Source: Neophaeotheca triangularis
Taxonomy: Eukaryota
Direction: 5' to 3'
NCBI GenBank assembly: GCA_054600435.1
Contig: BAAIJX010000024.1
Location: 124,001-188,000 of the forward strand
DNA: 64,000 nucleotides
Positions 1 through 12,418 of the stretch are shown in pieces. Both the position numbers and the translations under genes were made by a program. The notes beneath the pieces were generated by a model, which was given only the letters and a program-made list of their open reading frames with translations, was not told the origin of the DNA and searched no databases. Numbering within the stretch: the first letter of the stretch is position 1; every line of letters begins with the position of its first letter.

Positions 1-357
1 GTCAAAGGATCAGAATTGATTCTAATAATTAAATTAGGCCCTTCGAACTATTCGAAATCTTTTTGGCGTTTTTTAAACCTTTTTTTTTTGCCGGAATATG
101 AACCGCTGGGTGTTACCCGACGTGACAATCATAGCTTGCCTCCGGGGGCACTTGCGGCGAGCATGTTATCTTTTTACGTTCGGGACGATTGTACTACTAT
201 CGTAAGTCTATATTCCTTCTAGCGTCGTCTTACTTCGGAAATAGTACAAGGTATGCATGGGTAAGGTTCGTCGGTTGCACAATCGCGGTCGTACCTGGAA
301 GTCACCTCTTAAAGTACTTTTCAAGTCTGTAGGGCTTGGCAATAATGCCGACGGACA

Positions 358-1665
358 CTATCTTGCCATTGCACGAGATAGACTCTGTCGAAATCGTGCA
401 GCTACACCGTCAGATGCAATGTTCCTCCCTATCAGTACAATTTTTCCGCCACCTCCAGACCCATCACTTCCACCATTGGCGTCGATCAGCTCAAAAATCT
501 CTCTTACGCCTTGAAGCACCTTCACAGAACCCGAATGCATTGGCAACCTCCCCTTGACGCGATGAACCTCCCAACTACCCCTTTCCCCCTCGCACGGTAG
601 CTTACCCTCCCATAACGTCGATCGAAGCCATCTATCCAGCTTCGGTAGCGAAGCCTCATCCAGAACGGGTACATCCAGCACAATAGTTCCAATTGCCGGA
701 TCCAAATGACTATGCCCCTTGCTCGCAAAATCTAGCGCATCGGCAGAAATATCATCGTAAGCATGCAAATCCAGCACCAGCCCTTCCAGCTCCGGTATCC
801 GGCTGTGGTCGGTCACCTCAACCTTCGCAAGAGCATTGATACTCTGCACCCTATCCTGCACAGCCTGCAACTCCGCCTCGGAAACAAGATCAGCCTTGTT
901 AATAACAACAACATCGGCGTGAGAAATCTGTAAATGCGCAGTCGACAGATGCGGGCCATGAGCGTGTGAGCCGGCCTCATCATCCTCGACTTGCTCCTCG
1001 CCGACAGGCTCATCCAGACTGCGTAAAACATTCTTCGCATCTACGAGCGTCACAATGCCATCGAGGTAGATTGTCGAGCCCAAGCCCTCGTCAACCCAGA
1101 AGAGGGGAGCGAGATTTCCGGGATCAGCCAGTCCAGTCGTTTCGAGAAGAATGTAGTCGAAAGTCCCGCGCCTCTCCATCAGCGATTCGATGGCATTGAC
1201 GCCGCTGTCTTTGACCGAGCAGCAAATGCATCCGTTGGCAAGGTCAAGCCATTCTTCCGCTTTGGTGTCGCCTTGGGAGACGGTCAGGGAACGCTCGATG
1301 TCGCTGCTATTGCCGAATTCTGTTATATAGATAAGGAGTCAGTTGATTTGACTGAGGGAGTATATTTTTGTTGGTGCTGATTACGGCACTAACCTACCGT
1401 TCAAAATTACTGCGATTTTCTTGCCATGGCGTGCTGTGAGGATGTAATTTAGGAGGGTGGTCTTGCCTGCTCCTAGGTAACCTGCGTGGCCGTTTAACAA
1501 TTGTCCCGTCAATGAAGATCAAGGTCTTCTATATAAAATAAACTCACCCGTGATGATCGTTATGGGAACTCTAGAACTCGGAATATCTGATGAGCTAGCT
1601 GTTTCGTCGACAGCCTGGCCATCAGCGTCGACAAGCATAGGAGGAGCATCGTCGTCGTCGTTCAT
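358..1665 (-). CDS. ZNG1: CobW/COG0523 zinc-metallochaperone GTPase (Zng1/CBWD-like); exons 1665-1548, 1481-1398, 1319-358
   Basis: The spliced product reads [16 protein letters not shown] (Walker A), AVILN|EFG, GCICC (CxCC), [17 protein letters not shown] and a C-terminal CobW_C-like HRVKG/QGVRE. The N-terminal PPMLV resembles the Zng1 MetAP1-docking motif. Two GT-AG introns restore the frame. Confidence 0.92.
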
Positions 1666-1998
1666 GTTTGCGTCAAATGGAAGAAAAGATTCGCATACTA
1701 CTTTAGAGGAGGTCAAGATGGCATATATGGGTCGCTGCACAAAGTGCAGGTGGTCTCGCTCTGATGAAGCGATCGCTGGCGCCGGCTTCAACCGTAGAGC
1801 CTCACCGTGCTGCAGGGACTAGATCAAAGGAGCGGGAGCTTTACTTATGCCCAACACTTGCCCTCTGCGTTTGCTTTTATAACATTTGGCCGTACTGATC
1901 TTCAACGATACAGAGTCTCCTCACAGTGCAAAGCGACCCTCCTTACTCCCACCTTAGTCCTCTTTTGGCCGCGAGACATCCAACCCACCGCGTACAAC

Positions 1999-3654
1999 AT
2001 GGCTGCGCTCTCACCATCAGCCTCCCCACGACTACCCTCACCTCCCCCTATAGCCGAAGACCAGATAGGACCAACATCTCCAGGTCTCTCTTTATCAGAA
2101 GACACCAACAAGTTCCCAGGTGCGGGCAATGTCGACACTGGCGCCTCAAGAAGAATACGGCCGGGTACGAGAGCAGAGGATATGGCGGAGGGGCCTCCTT
2201 TAGTTGAGCTACAAGACGTATGTCAAGGATACCCCCTTCCAAAATCTCTGCTCGACACTAACAGTAATTGTCAGATCGACAGCGCTTTCCCCCTTACTGA
2301 ACATCTCAAAGCGCTCCACCACTCCCACACGCACCCATCGCACACCCTTTCAACGACCCCCATGACCTCGGACCTCGCCAGACAGCTCGCGCAACCCCCA
2401 CCCAACACCAGTAAAGAAATTTGGCTCTACGAACTCGGACGCTTCCTCATCCAAAAAACCAACGCCATCATTATAGCCCTGTTCGCCGATTCGCCCTCCT
2501 GCTCCGCCCAAACATGCCCCGAAATGCGCGCTTCCGAATGGCAATACCTTTGCGCCGTCCATGATCCCCCTAAATCCTGCAGCGCTATTGACTACTGCTG
2601 CCACACTCTCGACTGGGCGGCCTCGACCCTCACAGCGAGTAAGATGTTTCCCAGCAGGCTCGGCTTAGGCAGCGGCAGTGGGGTCGGCGCCGCCAGCGAC
2701 AAAATGCTGCAACAGCAGATGAAGGAGATTACCAACATTTTCCGCCGCGTCTATCGCATTTACGCCCACGCGTGGTTCCAACACCGTGAGATGTTCTGGC
2801 GTGTAGAGGGGAATACGGGGCTGTATGTCTTTTTCAAGACAGTATGCGACGAGTATGGCATGATTCAACCGGAGAACTACACCATTCCTCCGGAGGCTGA
2901 GGGTCTGGAGACGTCTAGAGATGAGCAGAGCGCGCAGCCGACTTTGCTGAGGAGAGACGAACTGCCTATCCACGGCCCACCCGATCAGAACCACCCTCTG
3001 GAGCCAATCGGCAACCACACCGTCGCGGCCGGAGATACTACGAAGAGGCACAGACACACACTTTCGGATCGCGCAAGCTCGGTCTCGACTGTGATTCACG
3101 AGGAGGCAGAGGAGGATGAGGAAAATCAAGGACGGGGACGCGACATCGACGATGACGACGACAAGCCCTCGCTGGAGCGGCAGGCTACGAGCCTCCGTGA
3201 TTTCGCGCAGAGTTTGAGTGATAGGCAGCAGCAGCAGCAGGCTGACAACAACAACAACAACATCAACATCAAGCAAGAAGGGGAGAAAGAAGGCGATGGA
3301 GATGAGGAAACAACGCCCGTGGATCCGAAACCGAGCGTGATTACCAGGTCTGAAACCATCACTCCCGAGAAAGCTGCTGCAAACGGCGACACGGACGACG
3401 CTACGCCCGCTTCTGCTACGGATGATGTTGCCGACGCTGCTGAATCGGCAGACGTTACAGTTGTGGAATTAGAGGTCAAGCCTGAAGAGGAAGGGGAGAC
3501 GGAGGGAGACGCTGGCAAGGAGGAGGTCGAAGCAGATGCAGAAATTTTGAAACCCGTTGAGACGGCCTCTGCGTCTCCAGTCGCGAACGTCGTGAAGACT
3601 GAGGAAGCGGAAGCCAAAGCCGAGCAGGCTGATGGGAAGAGCGTTGGTGATTGA
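1999..3654 (+). CDS. MOB4: Mob4/phocein (MOB3) STRIPAK subunit with acidic C-terminal extension; likely intron 2218-2274
   Basis: Contains IWLYELGRFL, CPEMRASEWQYLCAVHDPPKSCSAIDYCCHTLDWAA, FPSR and IFRRVYRIYAHAWFQH, typical of phocein. The 57-nt intron runs GTATGT...ACTAAC...CAG. Confidence 0.92.
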   Translation: MAALSPSASPRLPSPPPIAEDQIGPTSPGLSLSEDTNKFPGAGNVDTGASRRIRPGTRAEDMAEGPPLVELQDVCQGYPLPKSLLDTNSNCQIDSAFPLTEHLKALHHSHTHPSHTLSTTPMTSDLARQLAQPPPNTSKEIWLYELGRFLIQKTNAIIIALFADSPSCSAQTCPEMRASEWQYLCAVHDPPKSCSAIDYCCHTLDWAASTLTASKMFPSRLGLGSGSGVGAASDKMLQQQMKEITNIFRRVYRIYAHAWFQHREMFWRVEGNTGLYVFFKTVCDEYGMIQPENYTIPPEAEGLETSRDEQSAQPTLLRRDELPIHGPPDQNHPLEPIGNHTVAAGDTTKRHRHTLSDRASSVSTVIHEEAEEDEENQGRGRDIDDDDDKPSLERQATSLRDFAQSLSDRQQQQQADNNNNNINIKQEGEKEGDGDEETTPVDPKPSVITRSETITPEKAAANGDTDDATPASATDDVADAAESADVTVVELEVKPEEEGETEGDAGKEEVEADAEILKPVETASASPVANVVKTEEAEAKAEQADGKSVGD

Positions 3655-5218
3655 ATTCAAAAGAGAGCGAGCGCGGCGGAACTCTCGTTATCAAAACGGG
3701 GTCCGCACGGCTAGGCTCTCCCCTAGACGGTCTCTTCCTTTTCCCTGCGCAGCAACCGGCCGCACTCACGTACCTTCGACGCCAAACCGAGGCCAGGCGG
3801 AGCGAGCAGAACCAGAGACACCAACTGCTGCCCGCTCTTCGCGCCCCGAGGAGAGCGAGGACGTACTGACAGTGCCATCTGTACTTGCTGGCGCAGACAG
3901 ATGCCACAATACCTTACTGCTTGTCCTTTCCACAGCCGCAGGGTGACGTGGATGGCGGTAGAGGTTGGAGAAGTAGATAAATTACTGTAATGATACCCCG
4001 AAAAGCGGGACACCGCTACCTCTAGAACAAGAAAAGCTACTTTCCCATTTTCTTCTGGGGTTGTTGTGTCTCTCGGGCCTCCTTTTTTTTTTCTTTTTCT
4101 TTTTTGGTCTATTGTATGAAGACTTGGAAGCAACGAGGAGACAGTTCAGGCGTTCGAGAACAGGGGTGAGGGTGGAAACGATTTATTTCCAAGTGTTCAT
4201 GCAACGGCATTAGACATCTCTTGCTACTCGAGACTTCGCTAGCTGATCAGGGAGCTACACTACACTACACTACCACCCGGACCATTTTAGACACAGGCCG
4301 ACAACGATAAGAAACCGTTTCATCCCGCCGCTCAACCCGCACCACCTCGTTTTCGCCTGCCCGTCACGCCTCTTGCTCTATCGCATGGCGGGAGTAGTAG
4401 AAAAAGCCCATCTGGCGTATTCGCTAGCTGGCTACATACTTCCTCCCAATCCATTGGGGTCCCGGGCACAACCCACGCCAGAGCCCCTCACAAACTCAAG
4501 CTTCCCAGCCTTTTAGCAAAAAGGGCATCGCAAAACAAACGAAGCGAGCACAAAAGAAGTTAAAGAGCAAAAAGGAAAGAAAAAGCAAATGGTATCCCGC
4601 AAGTGTGCTCGCTCAACGATTGAAAAGACAAAACCGCTTGTTCAAATGGAGTTGATCATAGTCCCCCGTCCCGTTGCTCCTCTTGCTCCGCTTGTTAACG
4701 CCGTAGTCGTACTCGTAGTCCTGGTCCTGAATTTGCGATTTTTTGCCCTAGCGTTGTGTCTTGCATTCAATGTCTTGTTTGAGTTCTTGCTCTTGGGTCC
4801 CGTTCTGCGCACGGTGTTGAGCCTGGCGGTGTCGTTGTATACCTAGCGTTAATGGTAGTGATGTATCGCTTTTTTTTAAGCCGGTCCTTGCGCGGTCGCG
4901 ATCGTTGGCAGCCAAGTATGCGTCAGAGGGCGATGCTCAAGATTGGACTGTCCTGTGGATGCCATGCAATAGTGTCGAACACAGTGACGGTGCTTCTTCC
5001 AACGCTGTAGCCATCCATTTCGATTCTACTTTTCCAACCTCAACGTCAATCCAACACCTAGACCATGCAGCCAACACCAACGAGACCCAAACATGCAACG
5101 CCTCATATCAAGAGCGATGCTCCAAGTAAACTTCATTCACCACAGCATGTGGTATCATCAATAACCCTCCCTTTGCATCTTCCTTTCGCTAGTACTGCCA
5201 AAGGTACTGCTAGCCCCT

Positions 5219-6966
5219 TCATCTCGAATGAGGTGTCCCACTAGCACTCCCACTCGTCTGCGTCATGCTTCTCGCCAAACCAGGATCGCCAAAGATGTGC
5301 GGCCCAGGCCCACACGGCTTCTGCGCCGCAGAATCCATAGGGCTCTTGCTGCTCGCCTTCTCGGAACCGCCGTTGCTGCTTTTCGTTCCCCCGTCATCTT
5401 CACCAGCATGCTTTGGATCGCTCGCCCAGACAGCCACCCCGTCCGCGGGCCACGATTGGCCTGTGGGTTTGCCCTGTCCGTAGTCGGCCATAGAACCGTT
5501 GATGCCTGTAAGTGCCCAGGCGAAGATGGCCTGGTCGCGGATGGCGCTCATGAAATCCGATGAATCCGGGCCACCAGCGTGAACCGGAGTGGCGCCGGAA
5601 TCGTGACGCGCGCCTTGCGGGCCGAGAGATGGTGCGAAACCAGAGCCAAAGCCTGCGCGGGCCCGGGTCTCGACGGGTGGGAGCATAGGTTCGGTGGCCC
5701 ATGGGGCGGCGAAGAGACCGTTGGCATAGACGGATTGGGAGGGGCGGTGGGTGGGGTGCGGGATCAGAGGGCGTGCGCGCCGGAGGCAGACGACCAGACC
5801 GTCGGATGTGCAGGAAATGACGGCTTCGAGTTCGATAGGTTCGGTTACGATATCGTTGGGTGGTCCACCTTCCGAGCTCGGAGACTCGCCTAAGGAGGAC
5901 ATGGAGGATTCGGCGTGCCTTGCTTGGCCAAAAATGGCTTCGTGTGTGTCCTGATTTGGCATGCTATCACCGGATGATGTTCGCGAGTTGGGGCCAGTCT
6001 CGTCCACGTCCATACTTTCATCCGAATGAGCGGCATTCGATCTGTTGGAACTCCCACTGTGCATTGAGGAATTGTTGTTAGCGAGGTGCACGCCACCGTC
6101 TTCGTGATCTACACTCTCTTCTGTTGTCATTTCTTCGTCACTATCGTCAACTGGGTCGTGAGTTGGGTTGTCGTCTATCCGTGGGTCTCGGAACCAGAAT
6201 CGCAAGTACGCTATCGAGTCATTGCCTTTTGCATTCTCCAAACATTTGACTGCATCTTGCAAGCAATTTTGCGCAATGCAATAGTAGAAACTTCGACCTC
6301 GCATCGCCTCGGCTGGTATACCGATGACATCCTCCAGGCCTCGTGTGGCGTACATGGTCGTGAGGGTCCGTGTAAACCTGTTTAGAAAGAGTGCGGCTCT
6401 GGGTTCGTGCTCTTGCTCCTTTGAGGAATCTACAAACTTCTGTGAGATGTGCGACAGCATGTGGTATCGTGGGTCGCGAGGCGATGAAGAGAATATCCGC
6501 CGTACGATTGGCGCTTCCAGTGCTCGTCCTATGCAAGTGTCAATGCTTTGGCCTCTTGACCACGATTCCCACCGGTATACTCACGTTCACTGTTTGTCCC
6601 TTTCATGTAAATGCTAGTACACACAATCATCACGTCGTAGACAATGGTAAAACAGCATTCGCAGCCCACCCACTTCCCCTGCTTGTCCTTGACTCTGCAA
6701 TATGCCAGCACCGCAGCCTTATCCATAGACACTCTCTTTTGGTGAAATTGCTGAGCATAGGGTAGTTCTTCGGGTGGGAAGAAATCCCAACATGACCGAT
6801 TGACGATTTCATCTGGAGTGTAGCCGAGAATGTCGATGACTGAGTCTGAAGAGTACAGGATGCGTGCTTCGGGCGTGAGATCTGCGCCATATCGTCAGCA
6901 ATGGACAGGCCGCGGTGGTGATGCAGGCGGCGACACACCGTGAATAGAGATGAAGGTGGCTTCCAT
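5219..6966 (-). CDS. PAS-domain protein (two PAS-like regions, no obvious effector); exons 6966-6939, 6881-6585, 6528-5219
   Basis: The spliced N-terminus MEATFISIHD|LTPEARILYSSDSVIDILGYTPDEIVNRSCWDFFPPEE...CECCFTIVYD is a PAS pattern. A second PAS-like stretch reads TMYATRGLEDVIGIPAEAMRGRSFYYCI. Both introns are canonical and restore the frame. Confidence 0.8.
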
Positions 6967-8490
6967 GCTTGCTAGTCACCTGCTGGGCGCAGGGTGGCTT
7001 GAGGCGGGAAGACTTGACTTGGGCAAACAGCTGGTGCTTGCTCTTGTGCTCCGTCTGGTTCAACACTCGTTCAGCCGTTGACCGTTACGCGCCCTTCTTG
7101 ACCGCACGTCCCTCGGTGGGAGCAGGGCGACGACGCCGCAGGCGTTGTCCTGAAAGTCGCGCCCGACAGTGATGATGCGCTCGTTTTCAAGGCGATAGCT
7201 TATCTTGCTGGCTATTCAATGGCGGAGTACTGAGCGGTAGAGTGTCAATATCGGAGGTGAGAAGATGATAGTTAGAGGCTTGTTGAGACGAACATCAGAG
7301 ACCGGGGCAGGCAGGTATTCGAGAAGTCAGAGGGCAGGAAGTAAACGAGAGCCAATCAGGATTCGAGAAGGATGGAGAAGGGAAAAGCGACGGGTGGCGA
7401 ACAGAGCGAGGGAGGTGGCGAGGGAGGTCGGAGGGAACAGGCACGTGAAATCAGGTGCCGGACTGATATGCGAAGTGCCTGACGAAAGAGGGGTCGGTCT
7501 CGTGTGTCGATGCAGGGATGGTGGGTAGTGGGCAGTAAGGTAGTGAGGCGAGCGGGAGGGGTTGATGATACGATAGTACTAGGTAAGGTAGTATTCGAAC
7601 TACCTTGACTTGAAAGTACCTGTAGTGGAAGTAGTTGTTGGTGAAAAGCAGAGTCGGGGAGACAAACGGGACAGGACCAAGCGAACCTTGGAACCTTACC
7701 CAAGGTTTGGTTAAAGAAGGCGCAAAAGTAGTACGTCACAGTCTACACTCTACACACGGCCGGGGGACAGGACTCTGTGAATCGTGATCACTGACAGGCT
7801 TTTATTATTATAGTAGTTAAATCACCCAAGGCACCTACTGTACCTACCTGGACTTACCTTACCTTACCTACCTTAGCTATACCTACACTACTACCTATTC
7901 AACCTAGGTATTTACCTAGTTACACACCTTAGCTATAATCAAACTGCCAAGCGTCAATGTGCCCTACCTAAGACTCTACCTACTACAAGTACCCGCACCT
8001 TAGTATGAAATGGGACCGACAAACGGTAACGGTCACTACTCCGTCTCCGTCTCGGTTTCACGATTATCATCACCTGGATTGTGGTTTACTAGTCGGCAAA
8101 ACATGCCTGCCCTGCCTCTGTCTCTGTCTCTTGCTCTCTTCGCATCTGAGATAATAAAGTAGTAGCTCCTACTCCCGTCGCTTCACCCTTCATCGTCACC
8201 TCAGGCATGCATGTACCTAATAACGTGGATAATACGGGAGGCTCACGAACCCGGTCACACGTTACATAGTACTTGTGAGCATTACATGCACGTGAACTTG
8301 GCAACGTATTCTGCTAATGCATAGAAGCTACCTACCTCAGGTACTACTACTGTGCCTCCACTTCGCGTAGAGCTGCATAATAAGGTAAGCCCTGTATCAT
8401 GACTCGCGTTATTCCCCCTTCTATCAGATTACTATAGTAGGTACGGTATTAACATTGAAGTTGAACGCAACACGGCACCATAACAGAGTA

Positions 8491-8573
8491 GGCAGTAGGC
8501 AACAAGCAACAGGCAACGGGCAACGGGCAACGGGCAACGGGCAACGGGCAACGGGCAACGGGCAACGGGCAAC

Positions 8574-8607
<34 letters not shown>

Positions 8608-8609
8608 CA
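8491..8609 (+). repeat. 7-bp minisatellite GGCA(A/G)(C/T)(A/G), 17 units with a core of 8 perfect GGCAACG
   Basis: Read directly. GGCAACG x8 spans 8512-8567, flanked by GGCAACA, GGCAGCA and GGCAGTA variants. Confidence 0.95.
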
Positions 8610-9313
8610 GACTTCTCCCACGACATACATGTATCTCTCTACTACCTTAAGGTTCCATGCAATAGCCCATACCGTCTTGCATACCTTATAGCACGACCAT
8701 CAATCACTACAACTCCCCAACTACCGTACGCCATCTTCACTCCCTCCCCTACTTCCTCTAGCTCCTTATCCAACTTGTGCCCGACACACAGAGCTGCAAG
8801 GCGCCTGCACTAGTCGTGCCGCCACCCTCGAACCTCGCCCAGCCCTGCAAGCCACTTTACGCTACTGCAGTAGTGATTGACCCGGCGTGAAACTGAAGTC
8901 ATCCCCTCCGGATCTTGCCAACCGAGAGAGACGACCGGAAGACAGCCCGGCGAACCAATTTCACACCTCCTTTGTATACTTACGGTACTTACCTTACCCT
9001 ACATCACCGCTACCGAGCCGACACAGCTTCATCTAGCTCCGCCCTGCAATACCCCCTCAAAGCCGAACGACTCCGACGCTAGCTTGCTTTTTCTCTCTTC
9101 ATCGGCGTGCCGACTGCAGCTCGGCATACAAGCGCGTGCCGACGTTGGGCAAACGTCGTCCCATTCAGGTCCCTGCACGGCAACTTCCACTACGAAAACG
9201 CCTGTACTTCCAAGCGCTGTGCAAGGATTTGAATGAAATTCCGACACATTGCACAAGCCATCGTTGATCCTCCAGCACTCCCGCAGCCTCCCACACATTT
9301 CACTCCACCAGGC

Positions 9314-10964
9314 ATGGCGCCGACGGGGTCTGACGTCTTTCCAACTTTGCGTACTTGCCTCAGGCTTCAGGTAGGTAAGCTCTCTGCAACTCGTCGGTCG
9401 GCATGTGTCTTGACTGGTGTTCTAGGTAAGTGGGAAAGACGACGTCAGCAATCAATCTCTCTACGATGTGAAGTTTTACCCCTGGCCGACTGCAGACGAC
9501 GATGCCATCTTCGTTGTCACGGGTGAAAGACAGACATTCATTTGCTGCATCGACGAAACTCATAAAGATGGCTTCGAGATTCTGCATTGGTGGAAGGATG
9601 CCGATCAAGAGACTTCACAGAATAGTGTTGCTTGGGCACGTGATCCCGAGACTGGGAAACCGTTGATATGCCTGGCCGGTCACACACCCAAGTACGTCAA
9701 GATCATAGACGCCGAGACTGGTAAGATACAGAGGGTCATCACTGGGCATGGAAGAGGCGTAAACGATTTGGCCATTCACCCGCTGTCACCTCACATTCTG
9801 GCAACTGCTGCAGAGGACCACAATGTTAGGTTTTTCAACTTGCATCCCAAATACGCAAAGCAGCCATGCGTGCACATTCTCGCTGGTGGAGGCTCCAAGC
9901 AACCACTGATGGGCTTCCGATTCCACCCCAATGGAAAGTGGATGCTTACGGGAGGGATGGATACTGCTGTCTGTCTTTGGCATCTACCACCTGTAGAAGA
10001 GCTAGCAGATCCGCCATTCCAGCATTCGGACGATGCCGACAACGCGCTCGGCGAGCCCGAAATCACCTACTACCCTCACTTTGCGTCTACAGAAGTCCAC
10101 CACAACTATGTCGACTGCCTGGAATTCTACGGTGACCTAATCATCTCCCGCGCGGCAAAAGACATGAAGGATAAGACGAACGAAATCCTCATCTGGAAAA
10201 TCGATGGCTTCTCCGCCGACGCAACCGCACCAACCGAGCCCCCCGTACCCCGACCAGGCGAATGGACGCGCTCCGCCTTCGCTCATGGTCCCTCTACCCG
10301 TGGTTTCCAAATCCTCCTCACCCTCAGCATGCCGGAAACCACCAGCTTCTACCTTCGCTTCAGCCTGCTGCACCAGCCCTCCCTCCGCCCCATCCTCGCA
10401 ATGGGCAATCAAGCCTCCAAAGTCTGCATGTGGGACCTCTCGCAGCTCGAACTCGGCGAAGACCCAGCTCCACCCAAATCCCGAGGTCCCCGTCGCGGTG
10501 GCGGCCGAGGCGGCGCCTCTTCCAGATCCAAAGCCTCCATCTCCGCCTTCAACCTCCTGACAACGTCAAGCCGACGCGGGGAATCAGTTGGGAGCGATGC
10601 AACCCCAACGGGCACCGCGACACCCACAACCCTCCACGACCAGCTCTCCTCCACCGGCGACATGGCGTCCTACCCAAACAGCCACAACACTCCGCCCACC
10701 GGCGGCAACGAAACCCCAACTGCAAACAACGGCAAGAGGAAATCAAAATTACAGCTTGAAGATCCATTCAACCCTCTCAAACCGCATTTTGCCCAGGTCG
10801 CGCAGACGGATTTGACGAGGGATTTTCGCAAGGATAGGCATTTTGATACGAGGCAGATGGCTTGGAGTCCTGATGGCAGGTGGTTGGTCGGCGTGGGGCA
10901 GAGAGGGATGTTGTGTCTTTTCGGGAGAGAGAGGGGGGCGGGACTGTTGGGAGCGGGGGATTGA
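9314..10964 (+). CDS. EED: PRC2 WD40 subunit EED/ESC; exons 9314-9370, 9426-10964
   Basis: Contains LYDVKFYPW, ITGHGRGVNDLAIHP, FHPNGKWMLTGGMDTAVCLW, YPHFASTEVHHNYVDCLEFYGDLIISRA, FYLRFSL, ILAMGNQASKVCMWDL and RQMAWSPDGRWLVGVG, which match the fungal EED pattern. The 55-nt intron runs GTAGGT...TAG. Confidence 0.88.
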
Positions 10965-11330
10965 GTGAGGTGGTGGGAACGAAAGGGGTTGGGAAGAACG
11001 GGGAGTCGCACGAAGGTGCGGGTAAGAGCTGGGTTCGTATGTCGCTGTGGTAGTGGATGACGAAGGGCGGCAGTCTTACGAGGAGTCTTGGCCGAACATT
11101 CCAAGCTTTCCAGAGCTTTTGACACTGCCGTTGTTCTCCAAAGGAGGCTGTCAACAAGAGCACTGTTTAAATGAAGCGTGTGCGTGAAGAGGTCTTATGG
11201 CGGACGAGCGTCAAGCGGTGCATCCTTTTTCATTACTTTCATGCATGTTTACTTATTATTTGTTGGTCATTAGATAGCTCGTATCCCTCCTCCCAAAGTT
11301 AGCTTTACCTCTCATGGTACAGCATGACCC

Positions 11331-12418
11331 CTACAACTCCACCACAGCCTTCTGCGCACTCAAGCCCTGACGATTCGCATCCATAGCCGCCTCAACACCC
11401 TGCAAGCCCTTACCCTTGACCACCGGTGGAGGCAAACACTTCAGCTGCCCGCTCTCCAGCGCCTTTTCAACCCAGTTCTCCCAAATCGGGTGCGTGCTCT
11501 CATCAATACCAAAAAGCTGATGCGTCTTGACGTTCGCAGGCACCTCAGCCGAGATGGGGAGGACAGCGGCATAATGCCCGCCACCGAGCTTGGAGAGGAT
11601 CTGCATGCTTGGGTCCTGGCTAGCTTCCTTTTCGGAAATGGCGTCGTAGAGGCCGACGAACTCGGAGCTGGGCAGATCCTTGACGGCTTTGACGACGTCG
11701 TCGACGACGGTGGCGCTCTTGTAGTCGACGACTGCTTTGGCGCCCACGGACTTGCAGAGCTCGTGGTTCTTGGCGGAAGCGAGGGAGACGACGTCGATGC
11801 CGCTCGCGGCCGCGAGCTGGGTCACGAGGATGCCGACGGAGGAGGAGCCGCCCCAGAGGACGACGGTCTTGCCGGCGGGTTTGGGGCTGTGGCTGGGCTG
11901 CGGCAGCCCGAAGCTCTTGTAGAGACCGACGGCGGCCGTGTCCAGGGCTAGCGGGATGACGCAGGCGTCGTTGTAGGAGAGGGACGAGGGGATAGCGGCG
12001 GTTTTGCCCGCTTTGACGCGCGTGTACAGCGCGAAAGCGTTGTCTTCGGGGACTTGGGTCGTGAGGCCGTGGCAGTGGCTGCGGGTTTGAATTGTTAAGT
12101 CTGTATGTTTGCTATTGGACCGGGCTCCATGGGTGGGAGGGATGTTTTGGAATCGACTTACGCAGTCACGCGGTCGCCCTTCTTGAACCTGCTCACGCCG
12201 CTGCCGACTTCGTGGACTTCGCCTGCAACGTCGCAGCCCACGACGATGGGGTACTTCTGGACGTACATGCCCGTGTCTTGGATTTTCCAGTCGACGGGGT
12301 TGATGGCGAGCGAGTGGTTCTTGACTACGATTTCGTCGGCTCCTGGTTTAGGGAATGGAGCCTCGCGGACCTGAGTGGGCTGGCCTTTGCCATCGATGAA
12401 TGCTGCTTGGTTCGACAT
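11331..12418 (-). CDS. MDR-family oxidoreductase (enoyl-reductase-like, ToxD/CipB type); exons 12418-12162, 12078-11331
   Basis: Contains VKNHSLAINPVDWKIQ, IVVGCDVAGEVHEVGSGVSRFKKGDRV and the NAD(P)-binding VLWGGSSSVG. The intron runs GTAAGT...CAG. Confidence 0.9.

Noticed and set aside
1..340. AT-richer start of window as a RIP-mutated transposon remnant
   Set aside because: Too short, with no terminal repeats or transposase/RT motifs. It is compatible with the CobW terminator region.
8491..8609. CRISPR-like array
   Set aside because: Contiguous 7-mers with no spacers, in a eukaryotic context with no cas genes.
11331..12418. Enoyl-reductase-like gene as a sign of a secondary-metabolite cluster
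   Set aside because: No PKS, NRPS, terpene synthase or cluster regulator is in the window. A link to the AT3/GT2 locus is unsupported beyond adjacency.
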